From Octopus bimaculoides (lineage: Eukaryota): a stretch of DNA of 64,000 nucleotides. This document shows, in pieces, positions 56,312-64,000 of this stretch. A program made the position numbers and the translations under genes. Position 1 is the first letter of the stretch. The number at the start of each line of letters is the position of its first letter. The DNA lies in NCBI RefSeq assembly GCF_001194135.2, contig NC_068981.1, positions 43,848,210 through 43,912,209 on the forward strand, given 5' to 3'. The notes under the pieces are model-generated. The model was not told the origin of the DNA. It did no database searches and saw only the letters and a list, made by a program, of their open reading frames with translations.

Positions 56312-59300
56312 CACCCCAGCACTATGGAATACACAAAGCAATGCTTTTGAAGAATATTTGAACCTGGAATCATTAGCACAACCAGTTCGCTATATTTACT
56401 ATGAAAATGGCCACTCTGCGTATATCTCAGGTTGTGTTGTAACTCCAGAAAAGACTAGTCAAGTGTGGCAAAAAAACTGTATCAGTTTATTTCTACTCTT
56501 TGAGATGTATATTTTAGCCTGCATTTCGTGATTTTAAGTTCCTTTCTCTGGCTCTAAGTTTTCAATGGCAAAGCGGATTACGGTATCAAAATCCAATATT
56601 GTTAATCTTGTCAGAAGATGTTATGAGGTCAGCTCTATAAGAAAATACTAGAGTTCAAAGCAGTTGAAAGTTAAATAATGGAATTTGGATTCTATCATAG
56701 TCTTACAATGGTTAAAATATAATACAATATTTTCAAAAGAAAAGGATTGTACTCTCAAAGCTAAAGAATCCGTTCTTCGAATAATGTTCATAATTTTAGC
56801 CTTCATACAGAACAGGCGAGAGCGGGAAGTTCTGAACGAACGTGTGATGCAAAACGTTTCCGATAGTAGCTGTTTACTTTGACCACTGAACCGGTACCGC
56901 AGTGTATTGTAGCGATCAAACCTCTGAAAACGAGTTCTAACCCGGTCGATTCCAGGACAGCTTCTAAGTAATATTATAGGATGCTTTAGACTGATCTAAA
57001 TTGATCTGGCCCCCACCAAAACCAGCTTTGGTCCCAGCCCTCTCAATGATGTATCGCATAAAGTGGAGGTTGTGGATAGATGTGATTTGGGATTGCCTTC
57101 CCCAAAATGTCGAGTAAAGTGCTGCTAGAAAGCCACACGTATTTGTTCGGAACCGAGCAGCTGGCACTCTTCCCCGTCCGTCAAAACTCTAATTGTAGTT
57201 TTGTTACTATGTCATGTCTCCACTGTTCGGGTCCATGTATTCGCTCGTACTTGAATGCATGTGCCTTAGCTCTGATAACGCAGCCTTCGTGTTTCGTCTC
57301 AAATGGTCAAGGGCCATTCTCGTGGCTAGTAAGTTGCCAAAAGCTATTGGTTCTATTCTTACTGCACTCTTCAAAGCAATTAGAATAGACTCATCAGTTG
57401 CTGTCGATTGCCTCCGTCAACTGCCACTTAACTTGTTCAGTAACCTGGACTCTATAGTCTTTGCATGCCAGTAAGGGCGCATTCCAGATTCCTGTCTATG
57501 GGTCCTATCTAAATTGACTAAGCAGGTCGTAAATTTGTGGTCTCTGTAGTCAAACAGTTGTGAACATCTTATGTTATCCCTGCCTACTGGTTTAACAAAT
57601 ACTCTATCTAGATAGGATCTAGATAAACCATAATGGTTGCTCCTTATTCACACTGGCACATCAGGGAAAACCTGCTCACAAGCGTTTCAGCTGTCTGGTA
57701 GATACTATAAGACACCTGAAACGTTTCTGTGCAGGTTTTCGAAACTTTTGCACCCACTTCTGCTATTCACCAGCCCCTGTCGTGTCTCATAGCTTACAAT
57801 TTGGGGTTACTTCTATTTGTTTGTGTCTGATGCTTCCTCTTATACCTGAAAAAGGCCTTTTGGGGCGATTTCATCAGATCTTTATCTCTTGGCGTGGCCT
57901 TTGATTACTTGAAGCCCGAGTCTGAGGAAAGAGGCTGGTGTATGCTTGTTTTAATATTTTCACTAATTGTATGAGGAAACGATTCTTTCGGTGGAGTTGG
58001 TAGTAACGGTAGAAGGTATCGGGGCTGAAAGCTTTGAGATGGTTTGAATTCCCCTACACAAAATATCTGGATTTTCTGCTCTCTGTCAACACCAACATCT
58101 GCTCATTTTCCCCTGAAACAAAAAAATCGGGAGTGCAAATAAATTCCTCCGATGCAGCCAGTATCTGGAATTCCATGACAATTCCAGTCCTGTTTTGTTG
58201 GGGGATGGATTTCTCCTCCACACTTTTCTCGTATTCCTCCAAACTGGATAAAACTCTGCATTTCGATTAGCCGGCACGTTCTCAACTCAAATTCGAGTTA
58301 ACTCTCTTCCTATATAAAGGTAAATCACAATAAAATTGGTGGTGGGTGGGGATGCATGTTATTGTTGCTATTCTTCAAGGTCCTTGTTTGCTGATGAATA
58401 TGACATCTACTGTTCTATGCTGTTTCCCTCCATATATGTATAGAGCTGAGGGCCACATATCCTAGCGGAATCTTTCAGTTTCTGCTAGAGAAGTAAATTC
58501 AATTCTCCCTGCGTTGCGTGAAAGGCGCTTATATACAATGGTTTTTATCCAGAGCTAACTTTTCCCTTCCTCATTAAGAAACTTAACCTCGTTTGCCAAC
58601 ATCATTTTTATGCTGGAGGACTCAGCTACTGCCTTCGAAAAAGATAAGAGTTGTAGCTATTTTTATGTTGTTACTATTGCTTTTGCTATTGCTGTTGTTT
58701 TGCACGTAGCTTTTGTTGTTATTATTGGTGTAGTTGAGTTTGCAGTTGATGACTTCATTCTTGGTGCTGTCTTTGTTTCGGTTCTCATTCTTGCTGCTGT
58801 TGTTGCTGTTGTTTTCATCCTTGTTGTTATCGTTATTATTATTGATGTGGCTATTGCTACTGAACACATTACAGCTACTGTAATTGTTGTTGTCACTGTT
58901 GTTTTTGTTGGCGTTGCCGCTGCCTTAGCGTCAAGACAAATTCTGTTACTAGCCTGCCTTTGAGGACGTTGTTATGGCTACGTTGGCGCTTGAATTTTGG
59001 TTGACAGAATGCTCTCCGGCGTCGGTTGGTATTATTCTATCTTGTTTCAACATTTTTTAACATTTCAGAAAATTCCGAAATATTTGTTTTTACAAGGAAT
59101 TCAAAAATTTTGATTAATCACGACTGTTGCGGGTGCATTTAAACAGAAATTTTCTTTATGAACCAAGAGAGTTGTCAAAAAGGTCGAGAACGATACAGGA
59201 TAACACATTATGGAGTTAAATAAAAATTTATAAAAAAGAGAAATAACAAAAGTAAAAAAAAACCCCACAAAAACATAAAAAAACAAATAGAAATGAATGT

Positions 59301-60623
59301 GCGCCATCGCTTGTAACAATAGAGAATCCTCTTTCGACTCTCAAATCCTCTTTTAAAACATTTAAATAGGCATTGTTTGTCCACTCTTTGACAGACAATT
59401 TTATCTTGTATATGTCAGCTAATCGTTGTCCCCGAAAGTTGATTCATTGGACTAAAAATATGGAAACCAGAACTGGGGGTAGATTCAAGATGTACGGTAG
59501 ATGGGGAATCATTGACCTGCTCAAACTAAAAGTCGAATTTAATCATTTGTTTCTGACCCTCACACACACACACATATATATATATGTTTAAATAGTCTTG
59601 ACTATTAATCCTGCCATGAAGGGAAATGATTTGGCTGGTGGATTTTCAAGATATAGCCCCCCACCCCAGATCATCACAGTTCCTACTCCATGTTTAACAG
59701 CTGGAAGAAGGCAGTCTGGGTCAAGTGCTTATTTTAGTTGTCTCCACGGGTATACTTGGCCGGTGGTCAGAAATAAGTTAAAGGATGACTCGTCCGAGAA
59801 AATAACATTCTTCCACTGCTCTAGGGACCAATTCTGTAGGATTTTACTCCACTTTAAACACTTTACAACGTTTGTTTTTGAAAGTAGCGGTTTTATGATT
59901 GCAGCCCTCCCATGAAATCTGGCTTTGTGCAGCTCCCGCCGAACTGCTTCTGTGGAAAATGGGTTCTCGAGGTGGTCATTAAACGCTACAATAATTTTGG
60001 GAGCCGTACTTTTGTGATCCTTTCTGACAATTCCTGTAAGAGTCCGACAAACCCTATCTGAAAGCATTGGTTTTCTTCTGAAGTTTTGTTTCGTCGAGGA
60101 AGTTTTTCCCTCTTTTTCAAAGTCTGTCATTACTTTCAAGACAGTACTTCTTTATACACCAAACATTCCCGCTGCTTTCATTACGCTAGCGCCTGTTATC
60201 CGAGCACCAACAATTTGACCTCTTTGAAAGTCCATTAGATATGTCATTGTAGTTAATTTTAATTAACTTTTTCTGATGATATCTGAAAAGAAACAGCAAT
60301 TTTAGCAAAGCATATGAAGCAACACTAATAATAAATCAGAAAACATAAAAATAAACAAGCTTTTGACGGTTTTATTGATATTTCAAAATTATGATGTTTT
60401 GATGCGAGTTGTTTCTATTATTTTGTCCAACCCCTAAATATATATATATTACAGTTTACATTATCAGATCCCCAGACTTTTGATTACATGTATCCTTATG
60501 CATAATTAATAATCGTTGGAAGCGTTATCGCAATTAAAACTTTTCAGATTGGATGATAGTGCTACTGATACTGATGTGCGGAAGCGTGCCCTCACCCAAT
60601 ATAGAAACCCCAGATGTTTTTAA
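56312..60623 (+). CDS. Candidate two-exon 3' end of a gene: 56312-56506 and 60548-60623
   Basis: A symmetric 195 nt phase-2 exon (TPALWNTQSNAFEEYLNLESLAQPVRYIYYENGHSAYISGC...LFLLFE) joins an aacttttcag-preceded exon (ILDDSATDTDVRKRALTQYRNPRCF*). AATAAA motifs occur ~280-310 nt past the stop. Confidence 0.35.
56800..59050 (-). mobile_element. Decayed L1/Tx1-clade LINE with ORF1 and ORF2 remnants and internal deletions
   Basis: SRSYLDRVF...YRDHK (APE C-terminus), KHEGCVIRAK (linker), IHNLHFMRYIIER...INLDQSKA and PLSP (RT). An Asn/Thr-rich low-complexity ORF1 start lies at 58.6-59.0 kb. Confidence 0.8.
59583..60436 (-). mobile_element. Tc1-family transposon, 3'-truncated, transposase pseudogene (ATG at 60247)
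   Basis: Left end ggggttggacaaaataatagaaac. Translation gives FQRGQIVGAR...KPLLS...WKNVIFSDESSF...VKHG-G-VMIWG with internal stops, ending at a (TA/CA)n tract. Confidence 0.9.
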
Positions 60624-61174
60624 AGAATCCAATTGCTTGGTAAACGGTGGAACCCTACTCATTGAATTGTAGTGTAATTGTTTATGTAATAATCACAAGC
60701 ATTTGTACCTTTAAACCATGATCAGCATGACACAGAATTTGACTTCTTGAACATTCCTAACAAATTCTATCAATAGCTCTTTTGGTATTTTTTAAATTGC
60801 CATATTGAATTGTCTAAAAGTTTTTTCAGTGTTTTGTTAATTTGCTAAATTGGCACATCAAAGAAATTGCCAATTTTAATTTATACTTTGCTTTGGTATA
60901 ATAAATAAATTTTGTTGAAATTTGTTTGCTATAATAAATAAGTTTTAGTCGTTAAAATTCAGCAGTAAATAAAAATCTCCAGACATCTTCGACAATGATA
61001 ATTTTTAATCTCTCTACACACGAAAGCAATAGAGATGTGAGAAGTCAGATACAAGCAACTGTTAATTTTTAAAATATTTTTACGGCTGTAACTAATAAAA
61101 TTCAGATGCCATGTGTTAATGTATTAAACTGTCACATTTTTTAATGTTTATTATTGAAGTCTCTTTGGTTGCAG

Positions 61175-61202
61175 GTGAAAACAATATATTATACAACGAA
61201 AA
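61175..61202 (+). CDS. Candidate 28 nt micro-exon
   Basis: ctctttggttgcag|GTGAAAACAATATATTATACAACGAAAA|gtatgt. Two frames are open. Confidence 0.2.
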
Positions 61203-61806
61203 GTATGTTAACGTATGACTTGTGGGCAGCGAATTTGTAAAAGTATGAACACCCGAAATTCATCTTAGTTGAGTGTAATTCATGAACGGTTTCAGCAAAA
61301 GGTTACAAATAATTATAAATATTTTAGTGCAACGATATATAAAAGTCTAGTAGAGAAAAATACTGGAAAATATATATGCCATATCTGATAAAATATGAGT
61401 ATACTACCTTCTCAAATACTCCAGCAACAATATATTATTTCGATGCAAACATATCTTTATGTGGGCCAAGCAGGTGAAAAAAAAAAATCAATATCATGAC
61501 AGATTTTATATCAAAGAGGCTAAACCGGGGGAAAACCATTTAGTTCGGTACTTTCGTCATCTTGTTTTGTTTCTTTATCCTCATCCCAATTATCGTTTTT
61601 CTTCCAAATAATTCTTTCTCCTACATCCGTTTCCTGTAAATGTTATCACTATTAATACTATTATAGTATCTCACAGCATGTGGTTTAGTTTTCCCTCACA
61701 AGTTTCACTTACCCTCTCACAAAATTTCAATTCATAACAGGTAAAATTATTAAAATCTTTATCGTAAATAATCTTTATAGGGTTGCACTAGTAATAATAC
61801 TAATAC

Positions 61807-61839
<33 letters not shown>

Positions 61840-61849
61840 TGATGATGAT

Positions 61850-62285
61850 GATGATGGCTTCAAATTTAGGCACAAGGCCAACATTTTCATGGGGTGGGGC
61901 AAGCCGATTAACATTGACTCCTGTACTCAAATGGTAATTATTCCATCGAACCCGAAACGATGAAAGGCAAAGTCGATATCGGTGGAATTTGAACTCAGAA
62001 CGTAAAGACATGCGAAATGCCGCCCAGCATTTTGCCTGATTCTGCCAGCTCACCGCCTTAAGTAATAATAAAACTAATAATCCTTTCTACTCCCGGCACA
62101 AGACCTGAAATTTGAGGTGAAGCGGTAAGTCGATTATATCGACTCCAATGCATAATTGGTACTTATTTAATTGGCCCCGATAAGATGAAAGCAAAGTTGA
62201 CCTCGGCGGAATTTGAATTTAGGACGTGAAGACGGACAAAAAAAAAACCGTTATGCATTTTCTCGGTGTGCTAACGATTCTCGAA
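61850..62285 (-). mobile_element. Two tandem SINE family B copies with relatively well-retained CpGs
   Basis: Copies at ~61850-62060 and ~62085-62285, flanked by (AAT/GAT)n. Confidence 0.85.
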
Positions 62286-62408
62286 TAATAATAATGATGA
62301 TGATGATGATAATGACGATGATGATGATGATGGTAATAATAATAATAATAATAATAATGATAGTAATAATAATATATATATATTCACAGACACGACAGAG
62401 CTGAAACC

Positions 62409-62995
62409 TATATACAGTGGAAGCTATGCCAACACTATGGAATAACAACAGAAAGAAGATGGTATAAACACACGCCAGAAAAGGTCACAGAAAACGAGAA
62501 AGCACCCATACTCTGGGATATGCCAATACACACAGATAGAGAAATTAAGGCAAATAGACCAGATAGAGTTGTCAAAGATCATGAAGAAAAAAAATGCTTT
62601 CTAATTGATGTATCAATACCAGCAGATGACAACGTTTCCCTAAATGAAATGGAAAAACTTTCAAAATACAAAGACCTGGAAATAGAGGTAACTCGAATGT
62701 GGAATCTAAAAACAGAAACAATTCCTATCATAGTAGGTGCCTTAGGTATAATAAAAAAATACTCAGACAAATACATAACAAAAACACCAGGACTTACTAA
62801 TATATATAGCATACAGAAACTTGCACTACTGGGCACTGCACACATCCTACGCAAAACACTTTCAATACAGTAACCATAAGAGCATCACAGCAAACCACAG
62901 CACATACCCAAGGCACACAGAGCTGCGCTCGGTAGTGAAGTGAAAGCACGTTATAAAAATAAAACTACTGAACAATAATAATAATAATAATAATG
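62409..62995 (+). mobile_element. 5'-truncated R4/Dong-type non-LTR retrotransposon (restriction-like endonuclease domain, 3' UTR, (AAT)n tail)
   Basis: The frame is open from 62409 to 62873: YIQWKLCQHYG...ILWD..IHTD...NRPD...LIDVSIP...EKLSKYKDL...IPIIVGALG (PD-D/ExK type). A ~100 nt UTR and (AAT)n follow. Confidence 0.85.
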
Positions 62996-64000
62996 ATGAT
63001 GATGATAATTCAAATTACAAAACAACATAAACAATGTCAAGAGAAAATATTCTCCCCCAAAAATATTCTCGTATTTTGAAATGCACAGTTTCATATATAC
63101 GTGTAATTATATCAAATTATTGTGTTTTATATGTTTCTCTAATATCTTTTTATTGCAAATGTATGTTTGTGTGTAAATACAGTGCTATGCGTTGGATATC
63201 ATCATAGTTTTTGTTTATTGTAATTATTGGTTTTCCTTTAATTTACCGGTGATGAAACACCGTTGGATTTCAGAGAAATTAATTGGATGCACAAGTCAGA
63301 AGAAAGAAATCTCATAAGGGTTTTAATGTTCTTTTGGTTTAAAGAAAATAATAATGATAACAAAGTGGAGAAGGAGGATAATGATGGCAGTTAGGATGAT
63401 AAAAAAATAATTTTATATCATAAGCAGAAATTTACGCAATTTGGATCCCTGACAGAAATTTTGTAAGGTGAAATAAGACTGCATTCTGGTCCGTGAAGGA
63501 AACTCTCACACAAGGAGGTGGTGAGATTATATTTCTAAAGAAAGGGCGGCAGGTGGTCTCTGACTTTCCTTGGCTCATCAGGCTTCATGACCAATCTAAC
63601 TTGAGTTACAGGCTCTGAGTGAAGGTAAAATGGATTATATTGTCATTAAAGATGTGTCAGTAATATGAAGAACCACAAGTAATTGACAGGAATTTGTTTG
63701 GCTACAATGAGGAAAAGCAAAACAACTCTTAGCAAGATTTGAACACAGAATGTTGACAGACGTCACAATAAATGCAAAGCCTTTTTTATTTGTTTTACTA
63801 AAGCGCTCTACTGATTCTCCCCACCCCACTCCCCAGTAATACTAATGATGTTAATTATTTCTGAGATGCGGAACAACCTGTTTGGAGAGAAAAGTATATT
63901 TGATGAAATTAATATCAGTATTTTATCGGAAAGATTAAAGTCAACTTTGGCTTGAATGAAAATTATATACAATTTTTTTTGTTTTTTTTTTTGTTTTTAA

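Noticed and set aside
58610-58963. Hydrophobic 117 aa ORF resembling a membrane protein
   Set aside because: It is the antisense translation of the AAC/AAT-rich low-complexity start of the LINE ORF1.

Overview
AT-rich animal genomic DNA, inferred to be from an octopus or other cephalopod because of its recurring SINE and RTE families and very high microsatellite load. The scaffold has nine N-gaps. There is no long intact ORF, and almost every entry in the ORF track is an artefact of gaps, microsatellites or decayed transposons. The well-supported content is mobile DNA: three tRNA-headed SINE families, many RTE LINE fragments and tails, a mariner fused to a Ty3/Gypsy pol remnant (30.7-33.2 kb), a fold-back mariner derivative (34.3-34.9 kb), three MITE-like or hairpin elements, a decayed Tx1/L1 LINE, a truncated Tc1, and an R4/Dong-type 3' end lying in (AAT)n. 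Host exons could only be proposed by eye from splice signals. The most interesting candidate is a minus-strand gene whose signal peptide ([22 protein letters not shown]) would be assembled from three micro-exons spread over about 10 kb. A plus-strand two-exon candidate lies at 56.3-60.6 kb, and CpG retention appears to rise at about 54 kb. I could not assign a gene name. All exon models are hypotheses that need RNA-seq. I found no confirmed novel system.
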